A stretch of DNA of 64,000 bases from Alphaproteobacteria bacterium. GTDB taxonomy: Bacteria; Pseudomonadota; Alphaproteobacteria; MPNO01. The stretch lies in contig OZ241868.1 of assembly GCA_965202905.1 (NCBI GenBank), forward strand, positions 1,353,699 through 1,417,698, in the 5' to 3' direction. The first letter of the stretch is position 1. Every line of letters begins with the position of its first letter. Of this stretch, positions 9,074 through 18,800 are shown piece after piece. Below the pieces are notes generated by a model. It made no database searches, was not told the origin of the DNA, and saw only the letters and a list, made by a program, of their open reading frames with translations. The translations under genes and the position numbers were made by a program.

Positions 9074-12000
9074 ATGCGAAACGAATTCCAGGCCAAGGCC
9101 GAACGCATCGAGTCGCTCGCCGCGAAGGCGCACAGACGCAAAGGCGTAGAGGCCGCCCGGTTCCTCAAGCGTTTCTACGAACAGGTCGCGCCGCAAGACC
9201 TGCTGCCGCACGCCGAGCCGAGCCTGATCGGCGGCGCGTTGTCGGCTTGGCGGCTACTGCGCTCGCGGATGCACGGAACGTCCCGGGTGCGCGTGTTCAA
9301 CCCCGACAAGAAGGCCGACGGCTGGACCTCGCCGCACACCGTCGTCGAGATCGTCAATGACGACATGCCGTTCCTGGTCGATTCGGTCGCCGCCGAGATC
9401 AACCGGCAGAACCTGTCGATTCACCAGGTGATCCATCCCGTCGTCCATGTCCGGCGCGACCGCGCGGGACGGCTCAAGTCGCTGCTGGAGTCCCCGGCCA
9501 TGGACGACGGCGCGACGGCCGAATCGGTGATGCATTTCGAGATCACCGAGCTGCGCCGGCCGGAAACGCTGGAGCGGCTCCAGGAAAGCCTGGAAAAGGT
9601 CCTCCAGGATGTGCGTGCCTCGGTCGAGGACTGGCGGGCGATGCGGGTGCGTGTCGCCGAAATCGTCGTGCTCTTCGACGAGACCCCGCCGCCGGCGCCC
9701 GATGCCGACCTCGACGAGGCCAAGACGTTCCTGCGCTGGCTGGACGAGCGCAATTTTACCTTCATCGGCTATCGCGAATACGATTTCGCCAGCGACCGGG
9801 ACGGCGCCACGCTGTGGCTGCGGCCGGAATCCGGCCTGGGCGTGCTGCGCGATCCGAAGCAGAACGTGCTGACCGGGCTCGCCGACGGCGCGCTCGTGCC
9901 GGCCGACGTCGCCGCCTATATCCTCGAGCCCCGGGTGGTGATGGTCTCAAAGGCCAACGGGCGTTCGCGGGTGCATCGGGCGGTGCATCTGGACACGATC
10001 ATGGTCAAGAAGTTCGACGCCGGGGGTACGGTCACCGGCCTGCAAATCTTCGTCGGGCTGTTCACCTCCTCGGTCTACCACCAGCCGCTGTCCGACATCC
10101 CGGTGCTGTCCCGCAAGGTCGACAGCGTGATCGCGCGCGCCGGCTTCCGGCCAGCCAGCCATGACGGGATGGCGCTGCTCAACATCCTGGAATCGCTGCC
10201 GCGCGACGACTTGTTCCAATACTCCGACGAGGACCTGCTGGCGACGGTTCTCGGCGTGCTGAACCTTCAGGGACGCCAGCGGGTGGCGCTGTTCGTGCGC
10301 CGTGATCCTTTTGGGCGGTTCGTGTCCTGCCTGATCTACATGCCGCGCGAGCGCTACACGACGCAGATACGCGAACGCATGCAGCAGATCGTCGAGGAGG
10401 GCTTCGGCGGCCCGGTGTCGGTGTTTTACGTCCAGGTCTCCGATGCACCCCATGCCCGGCTGCAGTTCATCGTGCGCATCGAACGCGAGCGCGAGCCCGA
10501 TCTCGACGAGATCGAGCGTCGGCTGGTCGAGACCGGCCGCGACTGGCGCGACGAGTTCAGCCGGGCGCTGGTCGCCGCCCGTGGCGAGGCGGAGGGTCTG
10601 GAGATCTTCGACCTCTACGCCGACGCCTTCCCCGCGAGCTACCGGGAACGCAACGGCTCCGTTGTGGCGCTGCGTGACCTCGCAAAGATCGAGGCGGTGC
10701 TGGCCAGCGGCGAGATCGCCGCCGACCTGTACCGCCCCGACGAGGGGCCCGACAACCGGATCCGGTTCAAGGTCTATAACCCCGACAATCAGATGGCCCT
10801 GTCCGACGTCCTTCCGCGGCTGGAGAACATGGGGTTGCGGGTGATCGACGAGTTCTCGCACCGGGTCCTCCGCGCCGGCGCCGGGCGCGAAGTCTGGCTC
10901 CACGATTTCGGCCTGGAGACCAGGCTCGGCCGCGCCGTCGACTTCGATCGGGTCAAGCCGAATTTCGAGGCATTGTTCACCGAAGTCTGCCGCGGCGCGA
11001 TAGAGGATGACGGGTTCAACGCGCTGGTTGCGGCAACCGGCCTCGACGCCAGGCAAGTCTCGGTGTTGCGCGCCTATTGCAAGTATCTCCGCCAAGCGGC
11101 GATCCCGTTCAGCCAAGCCTATATGGAAGCGACGCTCCTGGCCAACCCGCGGATCGCCGGGTCGATCGTCGCCCTGTTCGAGGCGCTCTACGATCCCAAT
11201 GCCGAGGACCGGCGCGAGCGCCGGATCAAGACCTTGCTCGGCAAGATCGAGACCGCGCTCGATGCGGTCGAGAGCCTCGATCAGGATCGGATCCTGCGGC
11301 GGTTTCTGAACGTCGTGCTGGCGACGCTCAGGACGAACTACTATCAGAGCGACGCCGACGGCGCGCCGAAGCCCTGCATTTCGTTCAAGATCGACTCGCA
11401 TGCGGTCGACGGGCTGCCCGCGCCGGCGCCGCTGGTGGAGATCTTCGTCTATTCGCCGCGGGTCGAGGCGATCCACCTGCGCGGCGGCAAGGTGGCGCGC
11501 GGCGGCATCAGGTGGTCGGACCGGCGCGAGGATTTCCGCACCGAAATCCTCAGCCTGATGAAGGCGCAGATGACCAAGAACGGCGTCATCGTCCCGGTCG
11601 GCGCCAAGGGCGGCTTCGTGGTCAAGCGGCCGCCCGCCGATGGCGCGCGCGAGGCGTTGCAGGCCGAAGGCATCGCCTGCTACCGGACGATGATGTCGGG
11701 CATGTTGGATCTGACGGACAACCTTATGCCAGGCGGGCTGGTCCATCCCGAGCGCGCGGTCCGCCGCGACGGGGACGATCCCTATCTCGTCGTCGCGGCC
11801 GACAAGGGAACCACGACCTTCTCGGACATCGCCAACGCCGTCGCGCGCGACTACGACTTTTGGCTCGACGACGCCTTCGCCTCGGGCGGCTCCGCCGGCT
11901 ACGACCATAAGCAAATGGGGATTACCGCGCGCGGGGCCTGGGAGTCCGTCAAGCGGCATTTCCGCGAGATCGGCATCGACACCCAGACCCGGGATTTCAC

Positions 12001-13897
12001 CTGTGTCGGGATCGGCGACATGTCGGGCGACGTCTTCGGCAACGCCATGCTGCTGTCGCCCCACATCAGGCTGGTCGGCGCGTTCAATCACCTGCACATC
12101 TTCATCGATCCCGACCCCGACCCGGCCGCAAGCCTGTGCGAGCGCAGGCGGCTGTTCGCGCTGCCGCGCTCGTCCTGGTCGGACTACGAGGCGGCGCTGC
12201 TCTCCAAGGGCGGCGGCGTCTTCGAGCGCGGCGCCAAGTCGATCAGGATCACGTCCGAGATGCGCGCCTGTCTCGGCCTGTCGGCCGGCGGCGCGATGAC
12301 TCCCAACAACCTCATCCGCGCGATGCTCAAGGCGCCGGTGGACCTGTTGTGGTTCGGCGGGATCGGCACATACGTCAAGGCCCGCAACGAAGCCCATGCC
12401 GAGGCCGGCGACCGGATCAACGATGCGCTCAGGGTCGATGCGAACGAGCTGCGCTGCCGTGTCATCGGCGAGGGCGCCAATCTGGGCTGCACGCAGCGCG
12501 GCCGGATCGCCTACGGGCTTGCCGGGGGCCGGATCAACACCGACTTCATCGACAACTCCGCCGGGGTGTCGACATCCGATCACGAGGTCAATATCAAGAT
12601 CCTGCTGGGCGAGGTGATGGCCGCGGGCAAGCTCTCGCGCAAGAGCCGCGATACGCTGCTGGCCGAGACGACCGACGAGCTTGCCCGGCACGTCCTGGTG
12701 GACAACTACCGCCAATCCATGGCGATCACTCATGCCGAGGCCCGCGGGAGCGCGCTGATCGGCGACGCGGCGCGGCTGATCCGTGCGCTCGAGCGCGCCG
12801 GCCGTCTCGACCGCGCGGTCGAGTTCCTGCCCGACGACGAGACGCTGGCGGCGCGGCGCGCGGCCGGGCTCGGCCTCACCCGGCCGGAGATCGCCGTCCT
12901 GCTCGCCTATTCCAAAATGACGCTCTACGACGAGATCCTGGCCAGCGACGTGCCCGATGACCCCTTCCTGGTCCACGATGTCGGTCTCTACTTCCCGGGG
13001 CCGCTGCGCTCGAAATTCGCCGCGTTCGTCCCGGGCCATCGGCTGCGGCGCGAGATCAGCGCGACCTATATCACCAACAGCTTCGTCAACCGGGTCGGGC
13101 CGACCTTCGTCGGCGAGGTGAGCGAAAAGACCGGCGCCTCGCCCATCGAGATCGCCAAGGCCTACCTGATCGCACGACAGATCTTCGGATTGCATGCCCA
13201 TTGGGCCGATATCGAGGCGCTCGACAACAAGGTCGCCGCCGCGGTGCAGACCGGCCTGAACCTCGATGTTCACCGGCTGGTCGAACGGGTGACGATCTGG
13301 ATGCTGCGCAACGGCCCGAGACCGCTGGACGTGACGCGCGCGATCGGACAGTACGGCGTCGGGATCGCCGGCTTGGCCGACGGCATGGACCGGCTCATCC
13401 CCACCGATCTGCGCGCCGGCGTCCGGGCCGCCGCCGAAAGCTCTGTCGAGCGCGGCGTCCCCCGCTCGCTGGCGCGACGGGTCGCCGCCCTGGAGGTCCT
13501 GTTCTCCGGCTGCGACATCGTGCGGATCGCCGCCGACGGCGGGCATTCGGCGTCCGATGTCGCCGAGGTCTATTACGAGATCGGCCGCCGGCTGAGCCTC
13601 GATTGGCTGCGTCGGGCCGCCGAAACCCTGCCGGTCGAGACCGACTGGCACGCGATGGCCGCGGCGGCGATCGTCGAGGACCTCTACGCCCTGCAAAGCA
13701 GGCTGGCAGTACGCATCATGGACACTTGCAGCGGCGGACCCGGCGGCAACAGCGCGATCGAGGCGTGGTGCGCCGGCAACCGGTCCCGCTTCGATCGCGC
13801 CCGGGCCATAGCGGCCGACCTGCGCGCCGCCGGCGCCGCCGATCTTGCCATGCTCACGGTGGCAAACCGCGAGGTCCGCGCGCTACTCGGCCGCTAG
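9074..13897 (+). CDS. gdhB: NAD-specific glutamate dehydrogenase, large (~1600 aa) bacterial type
   Basis: 1607-aa ORF; size and conserved blocks are typical of the 180-kDa NAD-GDH family found in Pseudomonas and alphaproteobacteria. Confidence 0.9.
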   Translation: MRNEFQAKAERIESLAAKAHRRKGVEAARFLKRFYEQVAPQDLLPHAEPSLIGGALSAWRLLRSRMHGTSRVRVFNPDKKADGWTSPHTVVEIVNDDMPFLVDSVAAEINRQNLSIHQVIHPVVHVRRDRAGRLKSLLESPAMDDGATAESVMHFEITELRRPETLERLQESLEKVLQDVRASVEDWRAMRVRVAEIVVLFDETPPPAPDADLDEAKTFLRWLDERNFTFIGYREYDFASDRDGATLWLRPESGLGVLRDPKQNVLTGLADGALVPADVAAYILEPRVVMVSKANGRSRVHRAVHLDTIMVKKFDAGGTVTGLQIFVGLFTSSVYHQPLSDIPVLSRKVDSVIARAGFRPASHDGMALLNILESLPRDDLFQYSDEDLLATVLGVLNLQGRQRVALFVRRDPFGRFVSCLIYMPRERYTTQIRERMQQIVEEGFGGPVSVFYVQVSDAPHARLQFIVRIEREREPDLDEIERRLVETGRDWRDEFSRALVAARGEAEGLEIFDLYADAFPASYRERNGSVVALRDLAKIEAVLASGEIAADLYRPDEGPDNRIRFKVYNPDNQMALSDVLPRLENMGLRVIDEFSHRVLRAGAGREVWLHDFGLETRLGRAVDFDRVKPNFEALFTEVCRGAIEDDGFNALVAATGLDARQVSVLRAYCKYLRQAAIPFSQAYMEATLLANPRIAGSIVALFEALYDPNAEDRRERRIKTLLGKIETALDAVESLDQDRILRRFLNVVLATLRTNYYQSDADGAPKPCISFKIDSHAVDGLPAPAPLVEIFVYSPRVEAIHLRGGKVARGGIRWSDRREDFRTEILSLMKAQMTKNGVIVPVGAKGGFVVKRPPADGAREALQAEGIACYRTMMSGMLDLTDNLMPGGLVHPERAVRRDGDDPYLVVAADKGTTTFSDIANAVARDYDFWLDDAFASGGSAGYDHKQMGITARGAWESVKRHFREIGIDTQTRDFTCVGIGDMSGDVFGNAMLLSPHIRLVGAFNHLHIFIDPDPDPAASLCERRRLFALPRSSWSDYEAALLSKGGGVFERGAKSIRITSEMRACLGLSAGGAMTPNNLIRAMLKAPVDLLWFGGIGTYVKARNEAHAEAGDRINDALRVDANELRCRVIGEGANLGCTQRGRIAYGLAGGRINTDFIDNSAGVSTSDHEVNIKILLGEVMAAGKLSRKSRDTLLAETTDELARHVLVDNYRQSMAITHAEARGSALIGDAARLIRALERAGRLDRAVEFLPDDETLAARRAAGLGLTRPEIAVLLAYSKMTLYDEILASDVPDDPFLVHDVGLYFPGPLRSKFAAFVPGHRLRREISATYITNSFVNRVGPTFVGEVSEKTGASPIEIAKAYLIARQIFGLHAHWADIEALDNKVAAAVQTGLNLDVHRLVERVTIWMLRNGPRPLDVTRAIGQYGVGIAGLADGMDRLIPTDLRAGVRAAAESSVERGVPRSLARRVAALEVLFSGCDIVRIAADGGHSASDVAEVYYEIGRRLSLDWLRRAAETLPVETDWHAMAAAAIVEDLYALQSRLAVRIMDTCSGGPGGNSAIEAWCAGNRSRFDRARAIAADLRAAGAADLAMLTVANREVRALLGR

Positions 13898-14038
13898 TGG
13901 TTCGAATCTTTCGCTTCGAACCACTAGTTTCATGTTGATTGATCAACTTATCGAGATATTTGAATGCGTTATGGTCGCCAGATCATCATCGGCCGGAGGC
14001 TTCACCAGGGGATTCAAATGCCTCGGTTGATCCACTAG
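13894..14038. repeat. MITE-like repeat, copy B (inverted relative to copy A)
   Basis: Reverse complement aligns to 4575-4706 with one 15-bp indel; the gdh stop codon TAG 13895-13897 lies in the terminal CTAG; the last ~31 codons and stop of the SDR gene (13943-14038) are encoded by the repeat. Confidence 0.8.
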
Positions 14039-14905
14039 CGCGGCCAGCCCCTCGCGGTAGCTCGGGTAGCGCAGCGCGACGCCGAGTTCCTGCTTGATCC
14101 GCCGATTGCACACCCGCCGGTTCTCCGAATAGAACCGCTGTGCCGCCGGTGACAGATCGGCGGTCTCGAAGGGTTCGGCCGCTGGCGGCTCGATGCCGAG
14201 CAGGCCGGCCGCATGTGCGATGACGACGGGCTGGGCCGCCGGTTCGTCGTCGCAGACATTGTAGATCGCGCCTGAGCGCGGCCGCTCCATCGAGGCCAGC
14301 AAGACGCCCAGGATGTCCGCGACATGGATTCTCGAGAACACCTGTCCCGGCTTGACAATGCGCCGAGCCGAGCCGGCGCGAAGCCGTTCCAGCGCGTTGC
14401 GGCCAGGGCCATAGATGCCGGCCAGACGGAAGATGTGGACGGGAATGCCGTTCATCGCACCCAGCTTCAGCCACGCGCCTTCGACCGTCAGCCTGCGCAG
14501 GGCGGGCTCGGTGGCGGGATCCGGCGCCGTGGTTTCGTCCACCCAGCCACCGTCGCGGTCGCCGTAGACGCCGGTGGTCGACAGGTAACCGATCCATTCC
14601 AGCGCGCTGGCCGCGGCGATGTCCCTGCCGTGGTGGACGAGCGCGGGATCGCCGTCATCGCCCGGCGGGATCGAGGCCAGCAGGTGGGTCGCGCCCGAAA
14701 GAGCCTCGCCGCCGCTCGCCATCGGACGGTCGCCAGCGAAGACATGGGCCTCGATCCCGCGCTCCGCCATCGCCGCGACGGACCGCTCGGTGCGCCGGGT
14801 GCCGGCGATGCCGCGCCCGGCGGCGGCCAGATGTCCCGCGACATATCCCAGCCCGAAGCAGAAAACTCTCTTGGCGGCGCCGATCACGGAAAGCTCCTTG
14901 CTCAC
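13943..14905 (-). CDS. NAD(P)-binding epimerase/dehydratase (extended SDR) family protein
   Basis: 320 aa; Rossmann-like N-terminus, YxxxK-type region; C-terminal ~31 aa derive from the repeat element. Confidence 0.65.
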   Translation of the reverse strand: MSKELSVIGAAKRVFCFGLGYVAGHLAAAGRGIAGTRRTERSVAAMAERGIEAHVFAGDRPMASGGEALSGATHLLASIPPGDDGDPALVHHGRDIAAASALEWIGYLSTTGVYGDRDGGWVDETTAPDPATEPALRRLTVEGAWLKLGAMNGIPVHIFRLAGIYGPGRNALERLRAGSARRIVKPGQVFSRIHVADILGVLLASMERPRSGAIYNVCDDEPAAQPVVIAHAAGLLGIEPPAAEPFETADLSPAAQRFYSENRRVCNRRIKQELGVALRYPSYREGLAALVDQPRHLNPLVKPPADDDLATITHSNISIS

Positions 14906-14950
14906 GGATGAACGGGTGATGCGGGCGGAACGCCGGAATAGTATCCGGAT

Positions 14951-15826
14951 TTGCCCCAGGATGTGTATGGGAGGTGCGTTTTGGCGAGGCGCAAGCGCCT
15001 GTTAGACGAGCAGCCGAACCGGATCTGGCCGATCCTTGCCTTCGCGGTCGGCGCGGCCGCGCTGCTGCTGACGCCGCCGGGCGACACTGTGGCGAGCGAG
15101 GAGGACGCCGGTCGCTACAGCGAATGCATGTCGCTTGCCCGTACCGCGCCCGAGGAGGCGCAGAAAAAGGCGCTCGAATGGACCCGTCAGGGCGGCGGAG
15201 ATGCGGCCGATCACTGCCTGGCGGTGGCCTTGCTCGGGCTCGGCCGGTACGAGATGTCCGCCCGGAGCCTCGAGGCGCTTTCCGAACGCACCCGCAAGGC
15301 CCGCCCGTCCCTGTCGGTCGAACTGCTCGGCCAGGCGGCCAATGCCTGGCTGATCGCCGGCAAGCCGCAAGCGGCCTATGCCGCCCAGACCCGTGCGCTG
15401 AAGGAACGGCCCGGCGATGTCGAGATCCTGATCGACCGCTCGATCGCGCTGGCCTCGAGCGCCAGGTACTGGGAGGCGCTGGACGATCTCAACGCCGTGC
15501 TCGATCTGGCGCCCGGCCGGGTGGACGCGCTGATTTTCCGCGCCGCCGCCTATCGCCGGCTGGATACGCTGGAACTTGCCGAGGACGACATCGCGCGCGT
15601 GCTGGGCCTGGCCCCGGAAAACGTCGACGGCCTGCTCGAGCGCGGGATCATCCGGCGGCTCAAGGGCGACATCGGCGGCGCCCAAGCCGACTGGATGGCG
15701 ATCCTGCGCATCGCCCCCGATTCGCCCGCGGCCGAGTACGCCCGACTCAACATCGAAAAGATCGCCGTCAAGCAGGCGCCGCCCGCCCCCGACGAGCCGG
15801 ATAATACCAAACCGGCCAATCGCTGA
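14951..15826 (+). CDS. tetratricopeptide-repeat protein with N-terminal membrane anchor
   Basis: 291 aa; hydrophobic segment IWPILAFAVGAAALLL; several TPR-like helical repeats. Confidence 0.65.
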   Translation: MPQDVYGRCVLARRKRLLDEQPNRIWPILAFAVGAAALLLTPPGDTVASEEDAGRYSECMSLARTAPEEAQKKALEWTRQGGGDAADHCLAVALLGLGRYEMSARSLEALSERTRKARPSLSVELLGQAANAWLIAGKPQAAYAAQTRALKERPGDVEILIDRSIALASSARYWEALDDLNAVLDLAPGRVDALIFRAAAYRRLDTLELAEDDIARVLGLAPENVDGLLERGIIRRLKGDIGGAQADWMAILRIAPDSPAAEYARLNIEKIAVKQAPPAPDEPDNTKPANR

Positions 15827-15845
15827 ACCGGGGCTTCCAGCCCGC

Positions 15846-18800
15846 TCAGGCCGTCTGCCCGGTCTCCGCCTCGGCGATAACGGGATGGTCGTAGCGGTGC
15901 ATCATCTCGTTCGGAACGACCTGCCAGAACCGCGGCGCCTCGCGGTCCCAGTCGATCAGCAGCCGCTCGGCGAAGCGTGACTGAGTCTCGCGGACATGCT
16001 CCTCGACCAGGGCCCTCAGCACACCCTCCCAATGGGCGACCTGGATGCGCTGGAAGAAGACGGTACCGCCGTTGACCCGCGAGGCGAAGGTCTCGGAGGC
16101 GTCGTAGACGAAAGCCATGCCGCCGGTCATGCCTGCGCCGAAATTGTCGCCGACCGCGCCGAGCACCACCGCGATCCCGTTGGTCATGTACTCGCAGCCG
16201 TTGGAGCCGCAGCCCTCCACGACCACCGTCGCGCCCGAGTTGCGCACCGCGAACCGCTCGCCCGCCTGGCCGGCGGCGAACAGCCTGCCGGCGGTCGCGC
16301 CGTAGAGAACGGTGTTGCCGACGATGGTGTTCTCGTTGGAGGCCAGCTTGCTCGCCGTCGCCAGGCGGACGACGATGGTGCCGCCCGACAGGCCCTTGCC
16401 GACATAGTCGTTGGCGTCGCCGAACACTTCGAGCTTGAGGCCCTGGACGGCGAACGCCCCGAGGCTTTGTCCGGCCGAGCCGCGCAGCCGCACCGTGATG
16501 TGGCCGGGCTGGAGGCCGGTCATGCCGTAGCGCCGTGCGATCATGGCCGAGAACCTGGTGCCGATGGCGCGCTGGGTGTTCCGGATATTGTAGGCGAGCT
16601 GCATCTTCTCGCCGAGCTCGAGCGCGGGCGCCGCGTCCTGGATCATCTGGGCGTCCAGCGTGTCCGGGACCTCGTTGCGGCCTTCCAGCGTGCAGAAATG
16701 CGAGTGATCGCCTGGATCGGCCTGGACCAGCATCGGGTTGAAGTCCAGATCGTCGAGATGGGCGTTGCCGCGCCCGACCTGGCCCAGGAGCTCGGTCCGG
16801 CCGATGATGTCGGTCAGCCGGCGGGCGCCGAGCGAGGCCAGGATCTCGCGGATCTCCTCGGCGACGAAGCTGAACAAATTGACCACCTTCTCGGGCGTCC
16901 CGGAAAACTTCTCGCGCAGCCGCGGGTCCTGGGTACACACGCCCACCGGGCAGGTGTTGGAATGGCACTGCCGCACCATGATGCAGCCCATGGCGACCAG
17001 CGAGGCGGTGCCGATGCCGAACTCCTCGGCGCCCAGGAGCGCCGCGATCACCACCTCGCGACCGGTCTTCAGCCCGCCGTCGACGCGCAGCACCACCCGG
17101 TGGCGCAGTTGGTTCAGGGTCAGCACCTGGTTGACCTCGGACAGGCCCAGTTCCCAGGGCAGGCCGGCATACTTGATCGAGGATTGCGGGCTCGCGCCGG
17201 TGCCGCCCGAATGGCCCGAGATCAGAATCACGTCGGCCTTGGCCTTGGCGACACCTGCCGCAATCGTGCCGATGCCGCTTTGCGAGACCAGCTTCACGCA
17301 GACCTTGGCGTCGGGGTTGATCTGCTTGAGGTCGTAAATGAGCTGCGCCAGGTCCTCGATCGAATAGATGTCGTGGTGAGGCGGCGGCGAGATCAGCGTG
17401 ACGCCGGGCGTCGAGTGGCGCAGCTTCGCGATCATCTCTGAGACCTTGATGCCGGGAAGCTGGCCGCCCTCGCCGGGCTTGGCGCCCTGGGCGATCTTGA
17501 TCTCGATCTCGCGGCAGTTGTTGAGGTATTCCGCCGTCACCCCGAATCGGCCCGAGGCGACCTGCTTGATCGCCGAACTCGCGTTGTCGCCGTTCGGGCG
17601 CGGGCGATAGCGCCCGGGATCCTCGCCGCCCTCGCCGGAATCCGATTTAGCGCCGATGCGGTTCATCGCGATCGACAGGACCGCGTGCGCCTCGGGGCTC
17701 AGCGCGCCCAGCGAGATGCCGGGCGCGACCAGCCGTTTGCGGATCGCGGTAATCGATTCGACCTCCTCGATCGGCACCGGGTCGGCCTTGGGCGAGAACT
17801 CCATCAGGTCGCGCAGGTTGATCGGCGGCGCGCTGCGCACCCCGTCGAGGTATTTGCGGTATGTGGCGAACGAATCGGTGGCGACCGCGGACTGCAGGAT
17901 GTGGATCTGGCGCCCCTCGAAGGCGTGGCTTTCGCCATTCTGACGGAAGCGGTAGAGCCCGCCCACGGGAAGGGCCGCGATCTCCGCGTCGAAGGCGCGC
18001 TCATGCAGCGCGAGCGTCATGCGGCGGATGCCGTGCAGCCCGATGCCCGAGATCCGCGACGTCATGCCCGGGAAATAGCTGTTCACCAGCCAGCGGCTGA
18101 GCCCCACGGCCTCGAACTTGTAGGCGCCGCGATAGGACGACACGATCGAGATGCCCATCTTGGACATCACCTTGAGAATGCCTTGGTCGATCGCGGTCTT
18201 GTAGCGGGCGATGCACTCCTGGAGCGTCAGGGCGCCGAACAGCCCGCGGCGGTGGCGGTCGGCGATCGTGTCCTGGGCGAGATAGGCGTTGACCGTCGTC
18301 GCGCCCACGCCGATCAGGACGGCGAAGTAGTGCACGTCCATGCACTCCGCGCTCTCGACATTGAGCGAGGTGAAGGTCCTCAGCGACTGGGAGACCAGAT
18401 GGCTGTGAACCCCGCCGGCGGCCAGGATCATCGGGATCGCCGCGCGCTCCGGCCCGATGTTGCGGTCGGAGAGGATGAGGTGGATCGCTCCGCCCCGGAC
18501 GGCGTCCTCGGCCTGGCGCTGGATGCGGTGCATCGCACGCCGCAACGCCAGCTCGTCGTCGTTGTTGCGGAACGTGCAGTCGATCACGGCCGCGGTCTTG
18601 CCCAGATAGTCGCGCAAGGCCGCGAACGCGGCGTTGGTCACTACCGGCGATTCGAGCTGCAAGAGCCGCATCTGGCTCTCGTCCCGGCTCAGGATGTTGC
18701 CGAGGTTGCCGAGCCTCGTGCGCAGGCTCATCACCCGGTACTCGCGCAAGGAGTCGATCGGCGGGTTGGTCACTTGGCTGAACGACTGGCGGAAGAAGTG

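Noticed and set aside
13931-14032. Small ORF inside the MITE-like repeat (MLIDQLIEIFECVMVARSSSAGGFTRGFKCLG) as a real peptide gene
   Set aside because: Conservation between the copies follows trivially from ~93% nucleotide identity. Copy A lacks the first ATG and there is no obvious Shine-Dalgarno sequence. Retained only as a note in a finding.
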